In this document: piece after piece, positions 51,390-60,984 of the stretch
Layout of the letters: every line of letters begins with the position of its first letter
How positions within the stretch are numbered: the stretch's first letter is position 1
Source of the DNA: Nanobdellota archaeon
GTDB taxonomy: Archaea > Nanobdellota > Nanobdellia > CSSed11-243R1
DNA: 64,000 nucleotides
Direction of reading: 5' to 3'
NCBI GenBank assembly: GCA_021163365.1
Contig: JAGGWW010000006.1
Location: forward strand, 4,123-68,122
The notes under the pieces: generated by a model
Database searches by the model: none
What the model was told of the DNA's origin: nothing
What the model saw: only the letters and a program-made list of their open reading frames with translations
Program-made: the position numbers and the translations under genes

Positions 51390-52004
51390 ATGTATGAAGA
51401 TATTTACGTTGCGGACAAAGTTGGAAAAGCTTTTGCAATTGCATACAATGCTCACTTTCACCAAACAAGAAAAGATAGAACACCATACATTACACACCCT
51501 TTAGCAGTTGCAAGTTATGTAATTCAAGCAACAGGGATGGCTGAACCTACATTAGTATCTGCGGCTCTTTTGCATGATGTAGTTGAAGACACAGACATAA
51601 CTCTTGAAGATTTATCTAAGGAATTTGATGATGGGGTTGTAAAAATAGTAGAAAAACTTACAAGATTTAAAGACAAAGAAAGCAGAGAAGACTATATGAA
51701 CAAAATTCTAAAATCAAATGATTATTTTGTGTGGATTATAAAATTGGCAGATGTTACGCATAATTTAGAAACAATTGATGTTTTGCCAGAAGAAAACAGA
51801 AAGAGGTTTATAGAAGAGGTAATGAAATTCTATCTTCCTTTAACAAAGCTAACACCAAATGGGGAATTTTTTAAAAGAAAAATGGTTGAAACTTTAAAAT
51901 CCCATGGGATACCAATAACATATCACACTGTATCTCTCTCAAACGATGAAGTTATAATTGATGAAAGATTAGTAGCAAACCTTGCAAAACGCATTTATAT
52001 TTAA
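51390..52004 (+). CDS. RelA/SpoT-type HD-domain (p)ppGpp hydrolase-like small alarmone hydrolase
   Basis: HQTRKDRTPYITHPLAVA ... AALLHDVVEDT ... matches the RelA/SpoT hydrolase HD signature. 204 aa, no synthetase domain. Confidence 0.6.
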   Translation: MYEDIYVADKVGKAFAIAYNAHFHQTRKDRTPYITHPLAVASYVIQATGMAEPTLVSAALLHDVVEDTDITLEDLSKEFDDGVVKIVEKLTRFKDKESREDYMNKILKSNDYFVWIIKLADVTHNLETIDVLPEENRKRFIEEVMKFYLPLTKLTPNGEFFKRKMVETLKSHGIPITYHTVSLSNDEVIIDERLVANLAKRIYI

Positions 52005-52196
52005 ATCAAGAAACTAAATTGCTTGCGTAAGATTTATAAATTAGTGACTACTTCTAAATAGTAACGAGGTGGGGTGAGTGAAACCATCCAAGATATTCGA
52101 AGAAACTGTAGATGAATTTCCTAAAGCACAATATTTTTCTGTTGTTTGCCATTTAGGAAAAGACAATCATAAAGTCTTCCAAGAAAGGTGGCTTAA

Positions 52197-53531
52197 ATGA
52201 GCGATATTCCATGCACAGGAATAATTGGAAGGATGTATGATACGTTTATTCCAATAGCTGAATGGTTAACTGTAACACCCCCAAATAAAGAAGTTCCAAG
52301 AGTTGTGGAACTTTATAAACATAGAAATCAACTACAAATAGCAGACGTTGGATGTGGTGGGTGTGCAGATCACTTTCTCTTAGAAGAGATACTAAAAGAA
52401 ACACTTGAAGAAAATGGGATAACTAATCCAAACATATCAATTGTTGGATACGATAATAATGAAAAACTAATACAAAAAGTAAAAAGTGGAGAATTTGTTT
52501 ACAGTCATTTTGGAGAAACTGACCATCCAAATGAAGAAATTGTAAATAAGATAAATAAAACAGCAAAGAAAGTTTTTGAGCAATATGAAGATGGGTATAA
52601 AATGAAAAAAGATTTTGTTAAAAAAGTTAAAATAAAACATGGTGATATATTTAACTTGCCAATTGAAAAAGACTCACAAGACATTGTAATCTGCTCATAT
52701 GTTATTTATCATTATCATGGAAAAGAAAGACAAATACTTAAAAACTTAGCAGACATAGTTGCATCACACGGTGTTATATTTACAGAAGGTGGATTCTTTA
52801 ACAAAAAACTAAAGAGAATTGATAAAGAGGAAAAAGCATACAGAGAAATAGGGGGTAAAACATATCCAATTGCTTCTGGACTTTATGAACATGATTATAT
52901 CATGAACAAGCAACTTTTTGACATAGTGGATAAAAATAGGGAAACATATTTCATGGAAAAATATAATGCTCGCGCATTTCCAGAAAACAGAAAATTAAGA
53001 CAAGCGCAACTTGATATTTTAAAACAATATGTTGATGGTGGGAATGCCATTGAAGTAATGTGTGGCGAAGGGGTGCTCTCACTTCTTGCTTTATCAAATG
53101 GAATAATAGATAATGTAACATTTGTTGACAACAACAAATATGCATTAAAATTGCTAAACAATCATGTAAAAAGCTTGGGCTTAGAAGAAAAAACACAAAT
53201 AATAAATATGGATATAGAACAACAAACACCAATTGGGAAATTTGATTACTGCTTTGCAATATGTACAGAAATGTTTAACCCAGATTATCCAATTGCAGTA
53301 AAAGTTTTAAGGGATAGATACATACCTCCAATTCCAAGAGATTTCTTAGAAAAATTTAGTAAAGTAGCGAAAAATATAATAGTGATGGAGGCGTATTCAG
53401 ATAAAGAATTTGAAATTTCTCCTGAGCAGCGCATAAAAAAAGTTGCAGAAAAAGTTGAGCTTCATGCAGAAGTTGGAAAAAAAGATTTTGGAAATGGAAC
53501 ACTTTATTATGGTGTTATAAATGGTTTTTAA
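52197..53531 (+). CDS. hypothetical protein with two methyltransferase-like Rossmann segments
   Basis: IADVGCGGCADHF and IEVMCGEGVLSLLA resemble SAM-binding motif I. 444 aa. Confidence 0.35.
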   Translation: MSDIPCTGIIGRMYDTFIPIAEWLTVTPPNKEVPRVVELYKHRNQLQIADVGCGGCADHFLLEEILKETLEENGITNPNISIVGYDNNEKLIQKVKSGEFVYSHFGETDHPNEEIVNKINKTAKKVFEQYEDGYKMKKDFVKKVKIKHGDIFNLPIEKDSQDIVICSYVIYHYHGKERQILKNLADIVASHGVIFTEGGFFNKKLKRIDKEEKAYREIGGKTYPIASGLYEHDYIMNKQLFDIVDKNRETYFMEKYNARAFPENRKLRQAQLDILKQYVDGGNAIEVMCGEGVLSLLALSNGIIDNVTFVDNNKYALKLLNNHVKSLGLEEKTQIINMDIEQQTPIGKFDYCFAICTEMFNPDYPIAVKVLRDRYIPPIPRDFLEKFSKVAKNIIVMEAYSDKEFEISPEQRIKKVAEKVELHAEVGKKDFGNGTLYYGVINGF

Positions 53532-53868
53532 ATCAAAACAAGAAAAAATGAAAGTAATGGATGAAAACTGGGGAAAGATAAAAAGAGTAGAAGAATTTCT
53601 AAAGAAAAACAAAGGAAGGTATTTTAGCATTGATGAGATATGTGAAAATATTGGGTTAGAAAAAACAAATGAGTTAGAAGACGCTTTGTTGCATTACTCT
53701 CATGTTTCACACTTGGGGTTAAAAACAACTCATAGGATTTATAGAAAATATGCAAATTGTGTTGTTCCTGTTTATGATGGATTTGATTTACATCTCATGT
53801 ATAGTGAACGATTAGCAGAAAAGCTGTTTGATAAATCAACATATAAAAAGAAAAATTTTAATGTGTAG
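53521..53868 (+). CDS. hypothetical protein
   Basis: 115-aa ORF overlapping the preceding stop. Confidence 0.25.
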   Translation: MVFKSKQEKMKVMDENWGKIKRVEEFLKKNKGRYFSIDEICENIGLEKTNELEDALLHYSHVSHLGLKTTHRIYRKYANCVVPVYDGFDLHLMYSERLAEKLFDKSTYKKKNFNV

Positions 53869-53884
53869 AAAAAGTTATTTAAAA

Positions 53885-54184
53885 TGTGGGTGGGATAGGC
53901 AACTGTCGAACCTTTTCTTTGCTAAAAGAAAAGGTTTGAGGAAGTCCGTCCACCAAAAAGCCCAGCAGGGTAACCTGTCCGCAGAAATGCGGGGCTCTGA
54001 CGCAGAAAAATACCACAGCTTGTGCAAGATGATGTCGAAAGACTGATATTGCAAGCTTGTGGGTGAAATCGTCAGCCTGGGCGGTGCAAGCCTTAGGCGC
54101 TTAGTCGGATGTTGCCAATCCCTTCAAAGAAGTCGCAATTGTGCGACAGAGGGGATACAGAAGACGGGCTATTTCCCACCCACA
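53885..54184 (+). ncRNA. rnpB: RNase P RNA (putative, archaeal type A-like)
   Basis: GC-rich 300-nt non-coding block with terminal P1 pairing TGTGGGTGGGA/TCCCACCCACA and P2 ACTGTCG/CGACAG. P3 hairpin precedes the P4 strand GAGGAAGTCCG. GCAGGGTAACCTG and 3' ACAGAAGACGGGCTA match RNase P consensus (GGAAAGUCCGG...ACAGAANCCGGCUUA). Confidence 0.55.
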
Positions 54185-54226
54185 AACTTTTGAAAAGAAA
54201 CAAGTTGGCAAAAAATTTATAGAACG

Positions 54227-55174
54227 TTGGTTTCTAGATATCTTGTGTTAATTGCCATAATAGTGTTTATTATTGCAATGGCAGTCCTCGTAAAATCTGC
54301 TGATTTTTTTACAGAATATGCTGAGAAACTAGCTCTTGAACTTGGTGTTTCAAGTTTTATTGTGGGTGTAACTATTGCATCTGTTGCAACATCTCTTCCA
54401 GAGCTCAGCACTTCAATAATGGCAGTTTTAACAGATTCTGGGAGAGCCGCCTCAATTGTTGCAGGTAATGTTATTGGTTCTAACATTGCAAACATTGGTC
54501 TTGTGCTTGGGCTTGGTGCAATTCTTGTTACAATTGACATAAAACAAAATCTTCTTAAAATTGACCTCCCATTACTTTTAGGAGCATCAATTTTTCTTGG
54601 ATTCACTATTTATGACGGGGTGTTCACACTAAGTGAAGCAATCCTTGCTTTAATTGGTTACGTTATTTTTATTAAATACTCATTTGACAACAAGCGCGGC
54701 GACGTAAAAAAGACAAGAAAGGAAAAAGTTGAGTTAAAAACAGTTGCAATTTTAATTGCCTCAACAATAGGAATCATCTTTGGTGCAAAATACACTATAA
54801 TCTCGGTTGTTGAAATTGCAAAAGCAATAATGATACCAGAAGCAATTATTGCTGCCACACTTGTTGCAGTTGGAACCTCTCTTCCAGAACTTAGCGTTAC
54901 AATTTCAGCAATCTCAAAAAAGAAATTTGAGCTTGGTGTTGGAAATATAACTGGTTCAAACATGTTTAACACATTTATAGTAATGGGAATTCCTGCATTA
55001 ATTAAACCACTTCCAATAACACAAGAAATCATTTATCTTGCTTTTCCATTTATGCTTGCAATGACATTCTTATTCATAATTGTATCGCAGGACAGGCACA
55101 TATCCAAATATGAAGGAGCAATAATGCTGCTTATCTATATTTTATTTGTTGGAAAAATTTTTAACCTGATTTAA
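54227..55174 (+). CDS. Ca2+/Na+ antiporter (CaCA family, YrbG-like)
   Basis: Two alpha-repeats: GNVIGSNIANIGLVLG and GNITGSNMFNTFIVMG. ~10 TM helices. Confidence 0.75.
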   Translation: MVSRYLVLIAIIVFIIAMAVLVKSADFFTEYAEKLALELGVSSFIVGVTIASVATSLPELSTSIMAVLTDSGRAASIVAGNVIGSNIANIGLVLGLGAILVTIDIKQNLLKIDLPLLLGASIFLGFTIYDGVFTLSEAILALIGYVIFIKYSFDNKRGDVKKTRKEKVELKTVAILIASTIGIIFGAKYTIISVVEIAKAIMIPEAIIAATLVAVGTSLPELSVTISAISKKKFELGVGNITGSNMFNTFIVMGIPALIKPLPITQEIIYLAFPFMLAMTFLFIIVSQDRHISKYEGAIMLLIYILFVGKIFNLI

Positions 55175-55200
55175 ATTCCAAAACATTTTTAAAACAGCAA

Positions 55201-55389
55201 ATGCACTTGATAATCATGTCAGACCAAAAAATAAGGCTTCCTGCAAGCTATGGCGGAATAATGCAGTATTATGATGAATTTAAGAGCAAGTTTCGCTTGT
55301 CACCATACATGGTAATAGCCTTAACAATTGCTGTAATGATTTTTGTTTTAATTCTTCATTCAATAGGGCCAAAAATCTTTGGGTTTTAA
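55201..55389 (+). CDS. preprotein translocase Sec61 beta subunit (putative)
   Basis: 62 aa. ASYGGIMQYYDEF followed by a single C-terminal TM helix, as in archaeal Sec-beta. Confidence 0.5.
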   Translation: MHLIIMSDQKIRLPASYGGIMQYYDEFKSKFRLSPYMVIALTIAVMIFVLILHSIGPKIFGF

Positions 55390-56012
55390 ACCAAATTCTC
55401 TTGTTTTAAAACATTTACAATTTGATTAAAAACCTCTTCTTTTGACTTTGATGCATCTATTACAAAAATCTTTTCATCAAGCTTGTTTTTCAAATCTAAA
55501 AAGTTTTTTCTTATCTTACCCATTATCTCAAGCTTTTCAAATTTTTCAGAATTAGCCCTTCCATTTTGAATTCTTGATAAAGCAAGCTCTGGGTTTAAAT
55601 CAAGAATAAACGTTATAGTTGGCTTCAAGAAATCTTTTTGAAGCTCATAAATTCTTTCAAAAGGTATTCCTTGTGCTTGTTGGAATGCATAAGTAGAATG
55701 ATAGTATCTATCGCATAAAACAATTTTATTTATCTCTCCTGTTGAAAACAAAAATGGCTTTATTGTTTTTTCCAAATGCTCTTCTCTATCTTTTGTGTAA
55801 AGCTCTAAAAGAAGCTCTGCATTTTTATAAGGGTCCTTTTCTTCTTTTAAAATCTTTCTAATTTTAACACCATATGTTCCATAAGTTGGCTCTCTTGTTG
55901 TTAAAATAATATTCCTTTTATCTAATTCAAAAAAGAAATTGTGAAGTCTTTTTATCTGCTCTCCTTTGCCACATCCATCTAAGCCATCCAAAACAATAAA
56001 CATATTTGCCAT
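55386..56012 (-). CDS. tmk: thymidylate (dTMP) kinase
   Basis: P-loop LDGLDGCGKGEQ, DRY motif (CDRYYHST), lid region. Confidence 0.8.
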   Translation of the reverse strand: MANMFIVLDGLDGCGKGEQIKRLHNFFFELDKRNIILTTREPTYGTYGVKIRKILKEEKDPYKNAELLLELYTKDREEHLEKTIKPFLFSTGEINKIVLCDRYYHSTYAFQQAQGIPFERIYELQKDFLKPTITFILDLNPELALSRIQNGRANSEKFEKLEIMGKIRKNFLDLKNKLDEKIFVIDASKSKEEVFNQIVNVLKQENLV

Positions 56013-56064
56013 AAGATTTCATAAAACCTTAAAGCATAAAAAGATAATGCTATTTTATTTTTTC

Positions 56065-57381
56065 ATGAAAGAGATTTTTAATCCAAAATCAATTGCTGTT
56101 ATTGGAGCATCAAGATATAAAGGCAAAGTTGGGCATGATGTTTTTAAAAACCTTTTAAAATCTAAAAAGAAGGTTTTTCCAGTTAACCCAAATGCAAATA
56201 AGATATTGGGAAAAAAGGCATATGCTTCTGTGCTTGACATAAAGGAAAAAATAGACTTGGCAGTAATAGCTGTTCCTGCTGATATAGTTCCAAATGTTGT
56301 AAAAGAATGCGGAGAAAAAGGTGTAAAAGCAGTTATTATAATATCATCTGGCTTTTCTGAAATAGGAAACAAGGATTTGGAAAATAAAGTAATAGTAATT
56401 GCAAAAGCACATAACATGAAGGTTCTTGGCCCAAATTGCTTAGGTGTTATAAACCCATATCAAAAATTAAATGCATCATTCTTTAACAAAATGCCATTAA
56501 AAGGAGACATTGCATTTATATCGCAAAGTGGTGCATTGGGAGTTGCAGTTTTAGATTGGGCAATTCAAAACAAAGTTGGATTTAGCTCTTTTGTTTCTGT
56601 TGGAAATTGTGCTGATATAAAGATTCCTGATTTAGTTGAATATTTCGGGGAAGATAAAAAAACAAAAGCAATATGTATTTACCTTGAAAGCTTAAAAAAT
56701 GGAAAAAGGTTTATGGAAATTGCTAAGAAAATAAAAAAACCAATAATAGTTTTAAAAGGAGGATTAACAGAAAAAGGGCAAAAAGCTGCGACAACACACA
56801 CAGCAGCGCTTGCAAGCTCTGCTGAAATATACAAAGGTGCTTTTAAGCAAAGTGGTGTTTTACAAGTTGATAATTTACACCAATTGTTTGAAGTTGCAAG
56901 ACATTATGCATGTTGTAAAATTCCAACAAATAAGAGGGGACTAATAATAACTAATGCGGGTGGAGTTGGTGTTTTAGCGAGCGATGCATTTGAAAAAAAT
57001 GGGCTTGAAATTGTTGAGTTACCAGAAAAAATCATAAAAAACTTAAACAAAGTTCTTCCAAAGCATTGGAGTCATTCAAACCCCATAGATATAATTGGAG
57101 ATGCAACACCAAAAAGATATAAAGATGTTTTAAAAATAATTGAAAAAGAAAGATTCTATGATTTCGTTTTCATAGCATTGACACCACAAACAATGACTAA
57201 TCCAGAAGAGGTTGCAAGAATTGTTGTAAGATTTAATAAAAAAACAAAAATTCCGTGCTTCACATGTTTCATGGGTGGAGATGCAGTAAGAAAAGCAAAG
57301 AAGATATTAAAAGAAAACAAAATACTTAACTTTAAAGAACCTGGCTATGGAGCTGAAGTAATAGCAAAGATGATAATATGA
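56065..57381 (+). CDS. acetate--CoA ligase (ADP-forming) alpha subunit / CoA-binding domain protein
   Basis: NPKSIAVIGASRYKGKVG CoA-binding Rossmann start, plus a succinyl-CoA-synthetase-like ligase domain. Start moved to the internal ATG at 56065 (M34 of the track ORF). Confidence 0.65.
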   Translation: MKEIFNPKSIAVIGASRYKGKVGHDVFKNLLKSKKKVFPVNPNANKILGKKAYASVLDIKEKIDLAVIAVPADIVPNVVKECGEKGVKAVIIISSGFSEIGNKDLENKVIVIAKAHNMKVLGPNCLGVINPYQKLNASFFNKMPLKGDIAFISQSGALGVAVLDWAIQNKVGFSSFVSVGNCADIKIPDLVEYFGEDKKTKAICIYLESLKNGKRFMEIAKKIKKPIIVLKGGLTEKGQKAATTHTAALASSAEIYKGAFKQSGVLQVDNLHQLFEVARHYACCKIPTNKRGLIITNAGGVGVLASDAFEKNGLEIVELPEKIIKNLNKVLPKHWSHSNPIDIIGDATPKRYKDVLKIIEKERFYDFVFIALTPQTMTNPEEVARIVVRFNKKTKIPCFTCFMGGDAVRKAKKILKENKILNFKEPGYGAEVIAKMII

Positions 57382-57986
57382 ATCTAAAAGAATTTTCAAA
57401 TATGGTGAAAGAAATAATAAACCAAAAGATTAGTCTAAAGACATTGGATTTTCTAAAAGAATTACCTCAAGGGGAAACAAACTATGTGTTTGGATTTTTA
57501 TTAGAAGAAAATAGCGTGAGGATTTTATCATCTGTAAGAAGCATGCCAACAATTTTTCAGATGTTAAAAAACATAATGCATGTAAATGATTACAATTACA
57601 GCATAAGAATCATAACGCAAGACGGGAAAGCAAAGATACTTACAAAAACAGCTGTTTCTTATGTGGATGATATTAAAAAAGAGTTGCTATTAGGTGAAAA
57701 AGTTAATCGTGTAATGTATGAAAAAATAACAACAGAGAAATTTGAAATTACATTCTCAGAATATGAGGGAACAATAGTCAAATTTAAAGAAAAAGAACAA
57801 GCAGAAAAAATCTTTCAAATAATTGTTGGGTTGTTTCCATTTATAGAATTGGAAAAAGACAATAAAAAAGTAAAAGTCACCTGTAAATTTAACAAAAAAG
57901 AAAATAATGTAACATTAGATTGCATAATAGAAATAGATGGAAAAGGGATTGGAACAAAGAGAAGCATTGTTGTGTTAAACCCTTAA
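57378..57986 (+). CDS. hypothetical protein
   Basis: 202-aa ORF downstream of the acetyl-CoA synthetase alpha gene. No ATP-grasp motifs seen. Confidence 0.3.
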   Translation: MNLKEFSNMVKEIINQKISLKTLDFLKELPQGETNYVFGFLLEENSVRILSSVRSMPTIFQMLKNIMHVNDYNYSIRIITQDGKAKILTKTAVSYVDDIKKELLLGEKVNRVMYEKITTEKFEITFSEYEGTIVKFKEKEQAEKIFQIIVGLFPFIELEKDNKKVKVTCKFNKKENNVTLDCIIEIDGKGIGTKRSIVVLNP

Positions 57987-58211
57987 AAATCTTTCTTTAG
58001 ATAGAATCTCTATGTTCTTCTTTGTTGTTTTCTTTCCATACTTTTTAATTAATTGCTTAACGCTTTCTGATGAGTGCTTTGCAACACAATCATCACAAAC
58101 CTTTACTATTTTATGCGAACCCTTGTCATAGATAATCCTAATCTCTTTTTTCTTTTTACAAATAGAGCAAATACCAATTTCATATCCTAAAGTTATGCCA
58201 AAGTTGCTCAT
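57975..58211 (-). CDS. small zinc-ribbon protein
   Basis: CSICKKKK ... CDDCVAKH gives two CxxC pairs. 78 aa. Co-directional with the upstream GTPase gene. Confidence 0.35.
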   Translation of the reverse strand: MSNFGITLGYEIGICSICKKKKEIRIIYDKGSHKIVKVCDDCVAKHSSESVKQLIKKYGKKTTKKNIEILSKERFLRV

Positions 58212-59272
58212 TCTACACCTTCCAAAACAATACCGTTACCAACAATCTTTATAGAACGCCAATGAGCTTCTGGATTAATAACAACACAAGGCTGGTTTTT
58301 TACAAAAGCAAATGGAAGCTTTGACTCAACTTGTAATTGAACCTTTTCTCCTGGCTTTGCAGAATCAACTTCAGAGCCATCTTTTAATATGTTTAAAACA
58401 TTTACCTTTAAAGTTTGAAGCCCGATGTTTAAAAGAATCTCACTATCTTTCCTTAACTCATCTTTAAAGAACTTTGTTATTTCTAATTCTATTTTTAACT
58501 TCTTTGCTTTATTTAGATTGCCTTCAACTGTAATAACATCGCCTGTTTGAACATCCCAAGGATAAAGACCCTTGTATGAAACTGCAACCCTGTCCCCTGC
58601 TTTTGCTTCTTCAACAACTTCTCCATGCAAGTTAACTTCTTGTACAACAAACTCTTTGCCCCAAGGCATTATAACTGTTTTATCATACTTCTTTATTTTT
58701 CCAGATTCAATTATGCCAAAAACAGTTGTTAAACCACTCTTAATCTCCTTAGCAGTTTCAATAGGTAACATAAGGGTATCTCCTTTTCTTTCTCGCGGAT
58801 TTAACTTGATTAATTCTTCTCTTAATTCAGCAAAACCATCATCAGTAATAGAAGAAACACCAATCATTGGCACATCTTTTAAATTAGAATCAACAAGAAC
58901 AGCCTTTAATTTATTTTTAAGGGATTCAACTTCATCTGTTGTTGAAGAGTCTGTTTTTGTTATTGCAATAACACCATTTGATATGTTTAAGAAATTCAAG
59001 AGCAAGATTAATTCTCCAAGCTTTGGATTAATTCCATCAACAGCAGAAATGCAAAACAAACATGCGTCTGCTTCTTTTAATAAAGCAATCATTTCTTTTG
59101 GTTCATCCATGTTATAAGGTGTGTCAGATAAATAAACCAAGGTGTCCCCTTGTTTAAATGAATAAATCGTGAACTTTTCTGTTTCCAATTCCTTTTTTTG
59201 TTGAAGCTTGTTAGCTACAGTTGTTTTACCTGAGTTATTTAAGCCAATAAGTGCGATTTGTAGTGCTTTCAT
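58208..59272 (-). CDS. EF-Tu-like GTPase family protein (function unassigned)
   Basis: G1 GLNNSGKT, G4 TKTD, followed by beta-barrel domain II-like region (GDRVAVS...GDVITVEG). Confidence 0.55.
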   Translation of the reverse strand: MKALQIALIGLNNSGKTTVANKLQQKKELETEKFTIYSFKQGDTLVYLSDTPYNMDEPKEMIALLKEADACLFCISAVDGINPKLGELILLLNFLNISNGVIAITKTDSSTTDEVESLKNKLKAVLVDSNLKDVPMIGVSSITDDGFAELREELIKLNPRERKGDTLMLPIETAKEIKSGLTTVFGIIESGKIKKYDKTVIMPWGKEFVVQEVNLHGEVVEEAKAGDRVAVSYKGLYPWDVQTGDVITVEGNLNKAKKLKIELEITKFFKDELRKDSEILLNIGLQTLKVNVLNILKDGSEVDSAKPGEKVQLQVESKLPFAFVKNQPCVVINPEAHWRSIKIVGNGIVLEGVE

Positions 59273-59366
59273 TCTATCACCGTGTTTTCACAAACCAAAT
59301 TGGCTTTTATATTTCTTTCCCTTAAATTTTTATATAACTATTCATTTTAATAATTGGGTGATGTTT

Positions 59367-60146
59367 ATGAAAAAAATAATCTTTGGCATGCTAATTGCAT
59401 TGTTTTTTGCGGTGTCTATTGCAAGTGCGCAAAACCAAACAGTAAATCAAACTGCTACACAACTTATGAAAATAGCAGGATATACACCGGATAGCCCAAT
59501 TTATGGATTAGAAAGAATGTGGGAAAGAATAAGACTCATGCTAACATTTAATGAAGAGGCAAAATTAAAGCTTAAAATGGAATTTGCAGAAGAAAGATTA
59601 GCAGAAGCAGAAGCAATGGCTCAAAAAGGAAAACCAGAAATTGCAGAAAAGTTAGTTAATGAATATAAAAACCAATTTAATAAGACAGTAAATGAAGTTA
59701 AAAACAAATATGAGTTTTGCATTGCAAAACAAGAAGAAGTGTGTAAAAATCTTCCTTTTGAAGAAAGATGTGCTAATCTAACAGAAGAAGAGTGTTTAAA
59801 TTCAACAGAAACAATTTGTAAAGCATTTGCAGAGGAAAAATGTGTAAAGTGGGAAAATATGCTTAACAATGCACTAAACAAAACACTAAAACACAGGTAT
59901 GTTTTGCAATGGGTTTTAGAAAAAGTACCAGAGCAAGCAAAAAAAGGAATTGAAAGAGCAATAAATAATTCATATAAGCATGAAGAGAGACTTAAACAAA
60001 AACTTGGGGAAGTTAATGAAACAATAAATAAAGTTAAAGAAGAGAAGCAGAAGCATTTTTATGAAAATCTAACAGAGATATTAAATGAATCAGGAATAAA
60101 ATCTGAAGTACATGTGCCTGAAAAAGTGCATGGAAAACCAATGTAA
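59367..60146 (+). CDS. secreted Cys-containing coiled-coil protein (hypothetical)
   Basis: Signal peptide MKKIIFGMLIALFFAVSIASAQN beginning at the internal ATG. The rest is Lys/Glu-rich helical with paired cysteines. Confidence 0.4.
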   Translation: MKKIIFGMLIALFFAVSIASAQNQTVNQTATQLMKIAGYTPDSPIYGLERMWERIRLMLTFNEEAKLKLKMEFAEERLAEAEAMAQKGKPEIAEKLVNEYKNQFNKTVNEVKNKYEFCIAKQEEVCKNLPFEERCANLTEEECLNSTETICKAFAEEKCVKWENMLNNALNKTLKHRYVLQWVLEKVPEQAKKGIERAINNSYKHEERLKQKLGEVNETINKVKEEKQKHFYENLTEILNESGIKSEVHVPEKVHGKPM

Positions 60147-60227
60147 TTTTCATTTTTTACTTTTTAGTTACGAATTAACAAAGAATTTCTAAAAACACAT
60201 TTAAAGCCTTAAAATCTAATTTGTTTT

Positions 60228-60503
60228 GTGGAAGTTGGCGTAATAGAGAAAAATGTGAAGGTAAATTCTGACTTAGTGAGATTAGCAGAAGAAAGCTTTG
60301 ACATAGGAGTTGGAAGAGATAAGTCTATAATCCTCGTTGGAAAAAACACATCATATGCAATACCATTAAACACAATACAAAAAATAAGAGTAAATGGGCT
60401 TGGACAAACATCCATATACTTTGAAGGTGGGGAATTAAAAATTTATAGTGAGTCTAATAGAATTAGGGCTCTTCGACATTATCTACTTCCTTTTTATCAT
60501 TAA
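60228..60503 (+). CDS. hypothetical protein
   Basis: 91-aa ORF. Confidence 0.25.
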   Translation: MEVGVIEKNVKVNSDLVRLAEESFDIGVGRDKSIILVGKNTSYAIPLNTIQKIRVNGLGQTSIYFEGGELKIYSESNRIRALRHYLLPFYH

Positions 60504-60984
60504 ACAACTTCCTTATGCTTTCAATTGAATCACAAAATTTATTGCTCTTAACATACATTGGTCCTTTTCTTTTGATTATTCCAAGGGATTTCAGTTTGTT
60601 AATAATAGAATAATAACCAGAAACTGCTGCATTCCACATAATTGCCTTTTTAATAAGAAAAACTTCATCATCTGTCAAATGCAACTCTCCATTTTTATAA
60701 TTAGACAAAAGTTTTAAGAAAGGTTTCTTTCCCTTTAATTGATTGTCTTTAAAATATCTTTTACATAATTCATTTAAGATTTTTTCCTCATCCTCGGTAA
60801 TAGGATATGCATTAAAAATTTGACAAACATATGATTTCCAATTCTTTGTATAGAATTTCTCATTAGATATCTTATCGTAAAGCTTTACTGCATATCCTGC
60901 TAAAGATTTGTTTTTATAAAAAACATCGCTAAAGAAATCATACAAATCTTTATACACTCTTTCATTTAAATCAATTAAAGCCAT
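60463..60984 (-). CDS. hypothetical protein co-transcribed with integrase
   Basis: 173-aa ORF whose start abuts the integrase stop (shared nucleotide at 60984). Confidence 0.35.
   Translation of the reverse strand: MALIDLNERVYKDLYDFFSDVFYKNKSLAGYAVKLYDKISNEKFYTKNWKSYVCQIFNAYPITEDEEKILNELCKRYFKDNQLKGKKPFLKLLSNYKNGELHLTDDEVFLIKKAIMWNAAVSGYYSIINKLKSLGIIKRKGPMYVKSNKFCDSIESIRKLFNDKKEVDNVEEP

Noticed and set aside
53911-53939. Hairpin AACCTTTTCTTTGCTAAAAGAAAAGGTTT in RNase P RNA, initially read as another mini-intron copy
   Set aside because: Its position immediately 5' of the P4 strand GAGGAAGUCCG is exactly where the native P3 hairpin belongs. It is more likely a structural helix than an intron, though its similarity to the intron family is noted in findings.
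53828-54046. 72-aa plus-strand ORF, and minus-strand ORF 54217..54606
   Set aside because: The first overlaps the putative RNase P RNA. The second is antisense to the well-supported CaCA antiporter gene.
57378-57986. ORF downstream of the ACS alpha gene as the ATP-grasp beta subunit of ADP-forming acetyl-CoA synthetase
   Set aside because: It is too short and has no ATP-grasp glycine-rich or catalytic motifs, so it is left as hypothetical.
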